A stretch of DNA of 64,000 nucleotides from Felis catus (taxonomy: Eukaryota), in assembly GCF_018350175.1 (NCBI RefSeq), contig NC_058368.1:98024001-98088000 (forward strand), read 5' to 3'. Below the pieces are notes generated by a model, which was given only the letters and a program-made list of their open reading frames with translations, did not search any database and was not told the DNA's origin. The position numbers were made by a program, and so were the translations under genes. Positions 14,064-25,789 of the stretch are shown piece by piece (the stretch's first letter is position 1; every line of letters begins with the position of its first letter).

Positions 14064-14220
14064 ACAGGAGGGGCAGAGAGAGAGAGGGAGACAGAATCGG
14101 AAGCAGGCTCCAGGTTCTGAGCTGTCAGCACAGAGCCTGATGCAAGGCTCTAACTCATGGACTGTGAGATCATGACCTGAGCCAAAGTCGGACACTTAAC
14201 TGACTGAGCCACCCAGTCCC
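13990..14220 (-). mobile_element. Can-SINE with (GA)n expansion
   Basis: (GA)n at 14024-14058; typical body 'cacagagcctgatgcaaggctc...gagatcatgacctgagc'. Confidence 0.93.
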
Positions 14221-14489
14221 TGCTATTAACATTCTTAATTTTGCATGAGCTGGAATTCGCTCATTTTCACTAATGCATAATGTTCCACTGTGAGTTTACC
14301 ACAATTTGTATATTCACCTGTTGTGAACGTTTAATGTTTTGTGTTTTATAATATAACGAACAATTCTGCTATGAAAATTTTTGATGTTCTACCTTGTGTA
14401 TATTTATAATATCTTCATTGCTTATATTAATAGTAGATTTTCTGGATTTATTACATATAAATGTTCTTATTTTAAAAATGTGATTGTGT

Positions 14490-15035
14490 TTGGCCAGCCT
14501 ATTATTGTGGGCTGGTTAGGTGTGGGTTCCACTGGGTCCCAAGTATCCTCTTGTTGGGTCACTGGGCTGGTCCCTTGGTGGCAGGACTGTAGTGGGACCA
14601 TGGTAGAGCAGGGCTGGAGCCAGGTCCCAGAGCCGCTTCAAGGATAGCAGTCAGGTCCAAGGCCAGCAGGCCTGTTACTGGTGGTATGAATGGATGTGGC
14701 TCATCGTAGGTACCTTAGCAGAGGGTAAGGTACCTAGGCTGGACTGTGGACAAATGGGACGAGACCTGAGTTCACAGGGGGATGGGACTGTTTCAGGTCT
14801 GCATCCAGGGCCACTGGTGGTTCTGCCACTGTTGTGGGGTGGGGGTGTGTGGGGCTGCATTCTTCAGAGTGATTCTCTTCATTCTTGGGCTTTATCAGAG
14901 TTACACCACCTCTTACTTGGTCCCAAAGCTACCATAAAGGCACTTTATGGAATAGCTTTCTGTCAGAGGGTGTGCATGTGTTTGTTGGGGAGGGTGGGGG
15001 ACTTCCTATTCTGCCATATTGCTGATGTCACTCCT
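14490..15035 (-). mobile_element. Isolated GC-richer 5'UTR fragment of an old L1 (L1MA/MB-type 5' end)
   Basis: Ends in 'ctattctgccatattgctgatgtcactcc', whose reverse complement GGAGTGACATCAGCAATATGGCAGAATAG matches the recalled old-L1 5' terminus. Confidence 0.6.
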
Positions 15036-16099
15036 TAAGAAATCTTATTGATTCTCTTTCTCTCTAATACTTGTTTTGTTGGATTTCTTGATTTTTGTTT
15101 ATTGACTGGATATAAAATGATATCTTACTGTGGCTTAGATTTGAAGTCTGTGATTATTAATGAGATTGGGCAACTCCTAATTCATTGGCCATATATGTTT
15201 CCTCTTCTTTGGAATCCCTGTTCTTGTCCTTTGTCTAATTTCTCCCGTTGGGTTATTTACCCTTTTCTAATCATTCTGTTGGAGATCTAATATATATCCT
15301 TGACACTAACCAGTGAGATTATTTTTTTTTTTTGCAAATTTTTTTTCCAGTGTTATATCCAATGTTTTCACTTTCTGAAAATACCATTTGATAAAAATTC
15401 TTATTTTAAGATAATCCATACAGGATATGGAATTTATTTTTATAAAGGAATGATTTGTCTAGGCCACTGGGTGAAAATCACTTCTCACTTGGATATTAGA
15501 GGGTTATGAAGGAACAGTATATCTTTCTCTCCAACGTTCACTTTCATTCTGATGTCTCCAGAAATGGGTACAAACTAACCATAAATCTCAAATGTTATTG
15601 CTAAGGCATTTGAACCACAGTCTGTCATTTCAGGTATCTCAGATCTATTGCTTATTCTTATCCAAGAAGAGGAGAACTTTTACTCTTTGTTAAGGCTCAC
15701 ATTAAACCAGGCAGTGCTTCAGCCAACATGTTTAATAGGCATTGGTGGGTGGAATAATTGTGCTGCTTTTATTATATTTCTTAGCCAGGTCTATAGATGG
15801 TTTGCAGCTAAGTCCATGTGGGCTACAAATAGCTAGCATGAATTTTATACCCGGCATACAAATGCAGGGCTCGGTCAGCTGCCTCCAGTTGCATTCTTGT
15901 TTACATGAACTGCATTCAGCACCGAGACAAGGCAGCACAGAGTAGCTGACTGCTGAGGGCCACGTGGAGTGTGCACTGAGTGGTTTTTACTTCCCTCCCA
16001 GTTCATGGGCTCCTATGGGCTCTGAAAGTACTAATTATAATAACTCTGACAATGGATTTTTATTTCAGGGAGCTAGATTTTGGTTTTAGCCTAAAAAGG

Positions 16100-17740
16100 T
16101 TGGAGAAATTTACTAATGAACAACAACAGAAAATGGATAATCTTAGTATATAGTGAATAGTGCAAAAAGGTGACAAAATGATTGTGAATCCTGTCTAAAG
16201 AAAGAATTAAGATAGGCTGTACCCTTAGACACTTCTCTTGTGGATTGGCTTTATTTGTGATTCAAGAAGAATTTCACTTTTAAAAATAGGCTTTGGTTTT
16301 ATTATTAGAATAGGAATTTGGGGAAGAAAGAAAGAAAAGCAAAATAAAGTAGAACAGACAAATTATATTGGAAGCAGAGAGAAGAGACATGTTCTTAGGA
16401 GAATGATTGAAATCTTAGAGGTCTGACTAACTAGATATGACAAATTAAAGAAAATAAGTACCCACTTAATTGCTTTTGAATGTAAGACTGTAAAAGGGAT
16501 TTTTTTTTTCAGTTGTTCTGGGAATGGAGAGGATGGCTGGGGTTCATAAAGAAGTGTAGCTGGAGCATAGTGTCAGGATCACAGAGAGTAAATTGCGGTT
16601 GTTACACTGAGGGACCCCAGATCTAACAAACTCTTGGAAAATGTCCTCTTAAAGTTGTAAACAGGGAGTCTTTAATGAGGACTAGCCATATGCGTACAGA
16701 ATACTTGGACAGATTTGAAAGGGAATGATGGAAAAAATCAGCCATTATTTAAAGAAGTACTTACTTACTTTCAGTGGGATTAGAAGTATTGCCTCTCTCG
16801 CTAGGGAATGAAATTTAGGAAATAAGGGCTTGAAGAGAAGGTGCATGGGAGATAATGTCCACTAGCAGGGGAAGATGGTGGTAGGTCCAATCCAGCCTGG
16901 GTTGGACACTTGTATGATGGGTCCATAATTGAGATGACTTCGCTCAGGCGCTGAAGGGTGACAAGATTTGTTCAAACAGTGGATGCTTTTGTTAGCACCA
17001 CAACTCACCGACTGTATGTCTTTCATGATAGGGCACCTTACAAGACGAGACCTGGAGAAAACTGTGTCAGAAAAGCAGATAATTGGGCTTAAAAAGGAAA
17101 AGAAACAAAAAGTAAAGCAGATACTCAGATGTTGTGAATAGCCATACCTGTGGTAGAGACGGAAAGGAACGTATTCCAGAAGCAAGTTGAACAGTTTTGA
17201 GCTCAATATCAGAGCCTTCTTCCTTGTTGCAGAAACCTATGTAGCAGAAAGAAATGTTGCTCAAAGTCTAGAACATTCAAAAGCTGATGAAAGGCAGGAC
17301 GCGCAGAGGGTGATTCTCCAGCAGAAATGAAGTTGGGGGTAATATGAAAATCTACCCTAACAGGACAGTCTCCTAGGCCTAGGACATTCCAGAGCAAGTG
17401 GCAGGCACCCCTATGGAATGGATCTGCCTCCTAAACAACTCTGATCCCAAATGCAGTGCTGGGAGTGGGTTTGGGGAGAGGAAGTGGAGACTCAAAAGGC
17501 AAATGAAATGGAAAAGCTTTTAATAGGCTGAATAGGATTGAAAGAATTTCAGTGACGCCTGGTGACTGGGTCTGTGACCACTGCAAATTTCAAAACTTTG
17601 CCAGGAGTTTCTCTGAGGATAGAGAATGTGAAAGGAGATTCTCCTCCCCTCCATACTGTGGCAGACTTCACAGTTTACTGGTTTGGAACATGGGCAAGTG
17701 ACTGATAAGCTAGGAGTTTGGTGTAGTGGAAATTAAATTT
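16100..17740 (+). mobile_element. Highly decayed Gypsy (Gmr1/MamGyp-int-like) gag-protease relic
   Basis: Collinear degenerate motifs: RYDKLKKISTHLIAFE (~16433-16480), WVHN...VDAFVST (16918-16999), (S)HTCGRDG zinc-knuckle remnant (17140-17163), LPGVSLRIENVKG...VYW...EFGVVE protease-like (17598-17731). Confidence 0.55.
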
Positions 17741-18127
17741 TTCTGCATTCACTTTCCTTTCCTCACATAGCACTGAGCCTCTCCTACCATCTTTGGGAGC
17801 ACTGTGCTAGTTTCTGGGAACATTCTTTTTTATTTTGTCCTGGGAGTAATCACTTTGGAGCTGGGATTAAGTTGTTTTTTAACTGTGACTCCAAAACTCC
17901 TGTCTGTCCTTTTAACTCTTTGTACTTTCTCTATGGTGGGTCCCGTAGGCAAAATAATTTAACTCCAAATATCTTGAAGGGACCATACTCATTACCATGG
18001 AGCACAGCCAATTTCTATTGAGCTATTATGGACCCAAATTAGAAAGGGAAACAAAATAAGAAGTAAATTTTTAGCCTGATGTACAACAGTACTTCGGAAT
18101 GTTTACTTTAGTATTCTTAACCAATTC

Positions 18128-18216
18128 ATATATATATACATATTTATATATACATATATATACACATATATATGTATATATATATGTGTGTGTGTATATG
18201 TATATGTATATATATA
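18128..18216. repeat. Compound (TA)/(CA)/(TG) microsatellite
   Basis: Directly visible alternating purine-pyrimidine run. Confidence 0.9.
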
Positions 18217-18731
18217 TTTTTATGGGAAAAAGCTACATTGACCACAATGGAGCATTGGCTGGTATTTGGAGAAGAGCTTCATGAACACGGAGAGGACTCT
18301 CCCAAAGCTCATCTCTTTCCCTGAGGGATGTGCCAGATCTTTCATCCATTATTTCCTTGATTGTTAAACCAACTAGGTAAAGAGAACTGAAAATCGAGGA
18401 ATGTGTATACATGTGTAGGATACTTATTCCCTACCACTAATCTTTCCATAAAGGGGAAATAATATGTATGCCGATTCCCAGAAGGGAAACTATGGGAAAA
18501 TCTCTTTCCCTACACCCTTACTCCTAACCAGGGCTCAAGTGGTGACTTCTGGAATTGATGAATTTGGGAGAAGGTACTGAGCCTTGTGAGTTTTGCTCTT
18601 TTTGAGTTTTCCTGTTTTGGGAGACAGTCTGAAACACACATTGGAGGGAAGTTTGTCAGGGCATGTTCTGTCCCTGCAGCAGGTAGAGATGTCTGCAGTT
18701 TTGGATGGGGTCAAGCTCAGATGAAGGGGAC

Positions 18732-19040
18732 TGTATTAGGAGCATATTTGGCCACTGATTCAAATCATGTTCTTCAGTTCAGTGTTATCAGTAATAAAGT
18801 TAAATTTTTATATTCATTCCCCTATCTCCCTCATCTGTGTTTCAACTCAGGGAGGCTGCAAAGGGTGATTATCATCCTAAAACCCCAGCAGATGCAGAGA
18901 TGTACCAACCGATGCAGGAGGAACAGTAGTTGTGATAGCATCTCAGTGAACAGGGACTGCCTTTCACTGGGCTTCAGGCTTTTTCAGCGACAAGAAAATT
19001 GGGGTCATCAAAGGCAAAATAAAAATGGTGACTCATGACA
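18732..19040 (+). mobile_element. Putative LTR downstream of the Gypsy-like relic
   Basis: Purine tract 'gaagggga' (18723-18730) just before TGT; internal AATAAA; ends near ...TGACA. Confidence 0.35.
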
Positions 19041-19059
19041 TATTGCCTCTTTCTGTTGC

Positions 19060-19400
19060 AAGGGATGTGATCTCAAATGCCTATAAGGGCCAGGTAGGTG
19101 AAATGAAAGAGTAAGAGATCACTGTGTTCATTGTACGGATGGTGGTGATAAGTTGGCGAATTGGAGGCTGGTGTGAACTGGAGAACATCTACCCTCTCTT
19201 CCAAGTGGAAGTTGTTACATGTACCAGAAGGCTCTAGCTATGGAGGAATTATCAGATCTTATTTTTAAGAGAAAACAGAGATAAGTATTTCTATAGTAGG
19301 TCTCTCAATTTTTAAATGTTGGCTTTAATGGAGGGGAAAAAGCTTTCCATATTAGTTAAAACAGGTCTATAGACTGGACGTGGTTTGTGTACTATTGGAA
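19060..19400 (+). mobile_element. MER102-like hAT-Charlie MITE
   Basis: 'ctcaaatgcctataagggccaggtaggt' and 'cagatctt...tttaagagaa...tttttaaatgttggc' match recalled MER102 consensus. Confidence 0.7.
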
Positions 19401-21334
19401 TGGAACTACTGTTTTTTTCTCAGCATGTTGGGGACCTGCCCCCCATTGCACTTAGATTTGCGTTTCTTTGTCAGGAATTTACGCTATCCCAACTGGATAA
19501 GGCAGCTCACTCTCCTGTCTGTTTGCTGTATTTAAACTTCTGCTCTACCTCTTTTATTACCACTGATTTAAGAATTTATCATATACTGTCCTACACCAAA
19601 TGTAGAGTTTATGACTCCAGTGTTCATGGGACTTGATTAGATCCAAAGAAGCACATATGGTGAAATGTGCCATCTCAACGTTTTGTCAATTATGCCAGTG
19701 TACTTGTGCCAAGGAAAGTGATTTCTCCCTCCTAAAGACATATGAGCCAGAAAGAAGTTCTTTGATTTCTTGTTTTATGTGACATTCTGTCTGCAATTAG
19801 CAGGCTTCCAGATGTTCATGAATTTTATATTCAACTTATATAGTCATTTATGTTTCCCACCAGAAAGCAGAGTGGTTTATGTTCCAGAAACTCCATCGAA
19901 AAACATTTCTTCTAACTTGAACTTGAAACGACTAAATATTTCATGGTGTAACTTCTAATTATAAATGTTCTGTGAGATTAGAGGACTTTTATTTTTATCT
20001 GGATAGTCTGAATTTTATCCACACTCATTGAACAAACATTTGAAAATATTTCCTTCAGCTTGGAGCTGCTTGGATCTTCCTTTTTTTTTTTTTCTTTTTT
20101 CATTGATAGGATTCTGTTGCTCTGCTCTGAAAACTGTATTCGAAACTTAATCGCATTTCAAAAATCACATTTGTTCTGTGTTTTAATGGTGTATTCTACT
20201 TTTTGTAGGCTGTGAGATTCTTGAGAGGTCTTTGCAACACTTAGCATAGGACTTTCTTATACCAGGTGCTCAAGAAACTTACTTTATTAGTACTAAATCA
20301 TTCTCTCTTGAAATTCAGAGAACAGTTATCTATAGATCAGTTATTTAACTGAGTTCTCTTTTAAACATCCCTGGGCTATCCCCATTGCCCATGATTAAAA
20401 CATGGATGTGTTTCTGTCCTTCCCTGTAAAACTGAAACCTGATTTACCAAGCTTGTTCTATGCAGGAATCAATTTAGCATGGAGTCAGGTTGGATTAAGG
20501 TAGGAAAGCAGCCAGATTTACCACACTCCTTTGACACAAAGCAAGTTTCTTCTAAAATCAGTTTTTGTTTACATATGCAGCAGTTTTAGGATACCAAAAA
20601 TCAAAAATTATGTGTGTATAACTTTGCTAAGGTTCAAATGCATAAAATCATAACTGTGGGAGGTATCCTAGTGATAGTTTTAATTTTTTTTCTACTGTGA
20701 TTTTACGGTATTCTTTGCAAAGAGTACTAACTTCCAAGGGATGAGGAACAGTCTTCTAGAAGAGGCTGTTTCTTTTGAAGAGCATAATGAGCAAACTTTT
20801 CCTTCTATCAAATAAAATCTACCTTTTCCCACTTTTGTTCATTAGTTTTAGTTCTTCCCTTTAGAATAGCCTAAAGTAAATTTAATTCTTTCTCCACACA
20901 TACTTGCAATGTGTTACCTTGGTCTTTCTCCTCTTCCTTCCTCCCTTCTTCCCTCTCCCCTCCTTTTTTCCTGTTCTCCATTTGTCTTCTTCTAAAATGG
21001 CTTGATTAAGGTATAATTTACATATCATGACGTTCTTCCACTGTCATTGTACATCATAGTGATTTTTGGTATGTTCATTGGAGTCCGGTAATCCTTATCA
21101 CAGGTCAGTTTTAGAATATTTTCATCACCCCTAAAAGTTCCTGTGCTTATTTGTAGTTAGTCCCTAGCCCTAGGGCAATCACTGATATGCTTTCTCTGTA
21201 TACAGATTTGCCTTTTAAGGGGTTTCATTTAAATGGTACCATACAATATGAAGTGTTCTCTGTCTGGCTTCTTTCCATTAGCTTAATGGTTTTGAGGTTC
21301 ATTCATGTTGTAGAATGTCTCAGTAGTTTCTTTT

Positions 21335-21556
21335 TATTTTTTTAATTATTTAAAAAAGTGTTTACTCATTTTGAGAGAGAGAGAGAGTAAGAGCTGGGGA
21401 GGGGCAGAGACAGAGGGAGAGAGAGAATCCCAAGCAGGCTTTGCACCATTAGTGCAGAATCTGACCCCGGGGCTTGATCCCATGAACCCTGAGATCATGG
21501 CCTGAGGTGAAATCGAGAGTCACACCCTCAACCAACCAAGCCACCAGGCACCCCAG
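21335..21556 (-). mobile_element. Can-SINE (older)
   Basis: (GA)n, 'gaatcccaagcaggct', head 'ccaagccaccaggcacccc'. Confidence 0.9.
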
Positions 21557-21684
21557 ATTTTTTTTTTTTTAATGCTGGCTAGTATTCTCTTATATAGCTA
21601 TTTCATATTCCTTTGATCTGTTCACTCATTGATGCGCATTTGGATTTTTTCCAGTGTTTGGTTCTTTCGAGTAATATTTCTTTA

Positions 21685-21932
21685 AAAAATTTTTTTTAAA
21701 AATGTTTTTTCAATGTTTATTTATTAGAGAGAGAGAGAGAGGGAGAGAGAGAGAGAGAGAATGTATGTGACCAGGGGAGGAGCAGAGAGAGAGGGAGACA
21801 CAGAATTCGAAGCAGGCTCCAGGCTCTGAGCTGTTAGCACAGAGCCCAATGTGGGACTGGAACTCACGAACGGTGAGATCATGACCTGAGTTGAAGTCGG
21901 CGGCTTAACTGACTGAGCCACCCAGGCACCCC
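21685..21932 (-). mobile_element. Can-SINE (SINEC_Fc-type)
   Basis: Full body with head 'gactgagccacccaggcacccc'. Confidence 0.93.
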
Positions 21933-22351
21933 TTGTGTAATACTTCTATGAATATTCATGTACAAGTCTTCATGTGGACATATGTTTTCATTTCTCTTGA
22001 GTAGATACTTATGATACGTAGGGATTACTGCACTGTATGATAAGTATGTGATTAGCATTTCAAGAATCTGACAAATGTTACCATTTTGTGATGTTCCATT
22101 TTATACCTGACCAGCCAAGTGTCCCAGTTGTCTCCATATCTTCACCAATGCTTAAAATTGTCAGGTTTTTAAAATTTTTTTTTTAATTTTTTTTATTTAG
22201 AATTCTTGTTGTGGTTTTAGTTTGTGTTTGCCTAATGACTAATGATGTTGAACATCTTTTCATGTGTTTATTAGCCATTTATATATTTTCTTAGGAGAAA
22301 TTAGTCTAGTAACTTATATATCTTCTTTGGTGAAATGTATTACCCACTTTT

Positions 22352-22962
22352 TTTGTTTTCATATTATTGTTTTCCTTTATTTTCTACTTTGCCCAAGTAT
22401 TTTTGATGTTATCTTTGTGTGTGTGTGTTTTTTTTTTATATATGAAATTTATTGACAAATTGGTTTCCATACAACACCCAGTGCTCATCCCAAAAGGTGC
22501 CCTCCTCAATACCCATCACCCACCCTCTCCTCCCTCCCACCCCCCATCAACCCTCAGTTTGTTCTCAGTTTTTAACAGTCTCTTATGCTTTGGCTCTCTC
22601 CCACTCTAACCTCTTTTTTTTTTTTTTTTCCTTCCCCTCCCCCATGGGTTCCTGTTAAGTTTCTCAGGATCCACATAAGAGTGAAACCATATGGTATCTC
22701 TCTTTCTCTGTATGGCTTATTTCACTTAGCATCACACTCTCCAGTTCCATCCACGTTGCTACAAAAGGCCATATTTCATTTTTTCTCATTGCCACGTAAT
22801 ATTCCATTGTGTATATAAACCACAATTTCTTGATCCATTCATCAGTTGATGGACATTTAGGCTCTTTCCATAATTTGGCTATTGTTGAGAGTGCTGCTAT
22901 GAACATTGGGGTACAAGTGGCCCTATGCATCAGTACTCCTGTATCCCTTGGATAAATCCCTA
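22352..22962 (-). mobile_element. Young 5'-truncated felid L1 with a 3' transduced segment
   Basis: Intact ORF2 C-terminus ([31 protein letters not shown]), 3'UTR and poly(A); perfect 14-bp TSD tattacccactttt at 22338-22351 and 22963-22976. Confidence 0.93.
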
Positions 22963-23232
22963 TATTACCCACTTTTAAATTGTGTTGTCTTCTTATAATT
23001 TAGTTGATAAGACTTCTTTATATATCCTGGATATGAGTTCTTTTTTAGAGATATGATGTGAAAATATTTTCTTCCATCTGCTTTGTTATTTCAATTTCCT
23101 AGTGCTGTCTTTTAAAGAGTGTGTTTAATTTTGATGAAATTCAATTTTTAATTTAATAGCAACTTTGTAGCAAGTTTTGAAATTGGGTAGTGTAAATCTT
23201 CCAGCTTTGTTTTGCTCTTTAAAAATTGTTTT

Positions 23233-23455
23233 GGGGGCGCCTGGGTGGCTCAGTTGGTTAACGCGTACGATTTCGGCTCAGGTCATGATCTCTCAGCTTG
23301 TGGGTTTGAGCCCCGCGTAGGGCTCTGTGCTGACAGCTCAGAGCCTGGAGCCTACTTTGGATTCTGTGTTTCCCTCTCTCTGCTTCTCCCCTGCTTGTAC
23401 TCTGTCTCTCTCTCTCTCAAAAATAAATAAAGACTAAAAAAAAATCTTAAAAAAA
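23233..23455 (+). mobile_element. Can-SINE (SINEC_Fc-type)
   Basis: 'ggggcgcctgggtggctcagttggttaa', (CT)n, A-tail; TSD aaaaatt(g/a)ttttgg. Confidence 0.95.
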
Positions 23456-24529
23456 ATTATTTTGGCTATATTAAGTCCTTTGCCTTTTCATGTAAATTTT
23501 AGGGTCAGGTTATAAATTTCTACAAAGAAGCCTGCTAGGAATTTGATAGAGATAACAATGAATCTGTAGATCATGTTAACAATAGTAAATCTCCAGTCTG
23601 TAAACATGGAGTTCTATTTACTTAGATCATCTTTGACTTCTTGCATTTAAAGATGTGGTTTTAGTATACAGGTTCTATATTTCCATCATTGAATATATTA
23701 CTCAATATTTTATTCTTTTTGATGCTAATATGAAGGAAATTATTTTCTCAATTTCAATTTCCAGTTGTTTGTTGCTGATATGTAGAAATATAGCTTGGTC
23801 TTTGGTTGAAATTGATTTGCGTTTTTCTAGTTTTTTTTAGGATAAGAGAAAATGCCTAAGCTTGTGTTCTTGGCTTCCTTTCCCCATTAAATGACCTTGT
23901 AAGGACTATCATCTTCTCAAGAGCACTGAATATTGATGAGAATTTGAGTTACTTGTGTTCAGAGTATGGAAGTAATACATTTGAAAATTACAATCTTGTT
24001 AGCAGGGTCAACAGTCAGTCTGTTAAACTTGATAAGCATCTACCAGTCTTGAGGAGTGTGATAAACCAGAGAGGTTATTGAACGGGATACCCATTAATCA
24101 AAAGGCTGTAAACTTGAAGGGTCCTGTATTCAAGGCCATCATTCAACAACCCAGAGAGTGATGAAAATTTGCAACCTTTCAGTGGTTCGTGAGATGTTAC
24201 TGTGACCCTGGGTGAGCAATCACTTTGTGACACTCCGTGAACTGCCTCCTTCCTGTGGCCCTGCCATTTCCCCAGAAGCAAGAATATTTTGTGCATCCTA
24301 CCCTTCTTTCTTCCATTTGTCCGCTGAAGGAGACCTTGCTCTTAAGTGACCAGATAGTTAACACTGTCCTAAATTTTGTTGTTACTAATTAAATTGTGAA
24401 TATCTGTTGTTCTACTAGAGTTCCTACATTATTTAACTAAAGGGGAAAACAATAAGAATCTTTTGTTTCTGACCTCCTCTGTTGAATCTAGAAGAACTGT
24501 TGTATATTATTAAAGATTGAATGTGACTG

Positions 24530-25200
24530 AATATAGTCACATTCAAAAAGCCTTGGTATAATGGTTTAATAAGGGGTGGATTGATCGCCACCTACCCATC
24601 CATCTATCTGTCTGTCTACATTAAATCTGTAAAGTGGGGTGCCTGGGTGGCTCAGTTGGTTGAGCATCCAGCTCTTGGTTTCTGGTCAGGTCATGATCTT
24701 GAGTTTTGTGAGAGTTGGGCTCTGTGCTGACAGCTTGGGATTTCTCTCTCCCTCTCCACCCCCCCCCCCCTTGGCGTGCGCTTGTATACATGCAAACTTG
24801 TTCTCTCTCACTCTCTCTCAATAAATAAATAAATGAACATTAAAAAAAAAGTCTATAAAGTAGTCTGGAGGTGAGTGATTCAGGGATATTTTGGCTATTC
24901 ACCAAGTCATCAAGGAGTTAAAGCCCCTTCTAGTTGCTGTTCCACCATCTTTAGTATATGGCTCTATCCTTATGATTGTAATGTCCTCCAGCACAGCTCC
25001 TGCTTTCCTGCTTGGGAGAATAGGAGAGTGTGGGAGCCAAAGGGAACATGCTAAGTCTGCCTCCTTTATCAAGCTTTCCTGGTGAAACTTCTTATGTCAG
25101 ATTCATGTCTCTTGGCCAATTCTAGCTGCCTGGGAGTCTGGAAGGTTGAATATTTAAAGCTGGGCATGTTTTCAGCCAGGAAAAAAAAAAATGTGCTCCT
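24530..25200 (-). mobile_element. MaLR LTR (MLT1K/L-like), interrupted by a SINE
   Basis: 'gtcatcaagga...gttccaccatctttagtatatggct...ctagctgcctgggagtctggaag' resembles antisense old MLT1. Confidence 0.55.
24635..24850 (+). mobile_element. Can-SINE (older, internal deletions)
   Basis: 'ggggtgcctgggtggctcagttggttgagc', A-tail; TSD tct(g/a)taaagt. Confidence 0.9.
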
Positions 25201-25211
25201 GTTGGCGAACG

Positions 25212-25693
25212 TGTTAAATATTATCAGTTATTACCGTATATGATCCTTCTGCCCTTCTGGATTTTGGGAAGGCTTTACTCCTCAGCCTCCTTTGTGTTGG
25301 GCGAGGTAATATGATCAGTTCTGGCCAAGGAAATGTGAACAAACATGACATTTTTTCTAAATGAGAATGCCAACAGTTCATTTTAGGGACACTTGGCTGG
25401 CTCAGTTGACAGAGCACGTGACTCTTGATCTTGGGGTTGTGAATTCAAGCGTCACATTGGGCCTACAGCTTACTTAAAAAAATCATTTAACGTTCTTCAG
25501 TCTTGCCTCACCTGCTGGAGTGATCCAGGGGCTGTTTTTCAGATAGTATGGTGACAAGAGTGTGGAGCTTTCATCAGCCTGGTCCCCTTTGCCAACCTAC
25601 GTGGGACATATGGTATGAACAAGAAAGGCACTTTTGTTAAACTGAGATTCATGGTCTTTTACTGCCACATAACCTAGTATTCTAACTAATGTA
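25212..25693 (+). mobile_element. MaLR LTR (MLT1I/J-like), interrupted by a short SINE
   Basis: 'gttctggccaaggaaatgtgaac', 'ttcatcagcctggtcc', 'actgagatt...cataacctag...ctaactaat'. Confidence 0.7.
25386..25482 (+). mobile_element. Short tRNA(Lys)-like Can-SINE lacking (CT)n
   Basis: 'tggctggctcagttgacagagcacgtgactcttgatcttggggttgtgaattcaagc...ttacttaaaaaaa'. Confidence 0.85.
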
Positions 25694-25789
25694 CTAAAGA
25701 AAAGGAGTTATTATATACATTGGCCAGGCAGCTAGCTGGGTCTTCCATACACTGAATCCCCCAGAGCCTTGGTGGCCATCACTTTCCTT

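Larger units (their letters stand above)
13720..15400 (-). mobile_element. Ancient L1ME-like 3' fragment, interrupted by a SINE and an L1 5'UTR piece
   Basis: Antisense old-L1 3' motifs ('ttcattttcactaatgcataatgttccactgtg', 'taaaatgatatcttactgtgg...ttcattggccat'). Confidence 0.5.
20990..23790 (-). mobile_element. Old L1 (L1MB-like) 3' end and ORF2 tail, host to three SINEs and one young L1
   Basis: 'ttaaggtataatttacata', 'gtctggcttctttccattagc', 'tgactaatgatgttgaacatcttttcatgtg', 'tgaatctgtagatca'. Confidence 0.8.

Noticed and set aside
18586..19038. 150-aa ORF starting at GTG
   Set aside because: No protein-like signature, non-ATG start, overlaps the putative LTR.
25386..25482. tRNA-Lys-like sequence (also 35678-35780)
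   Set aside because: Diverged, with SINE-type 3' extension and A-tail; short Can-SINEs rather than tRNA genes.
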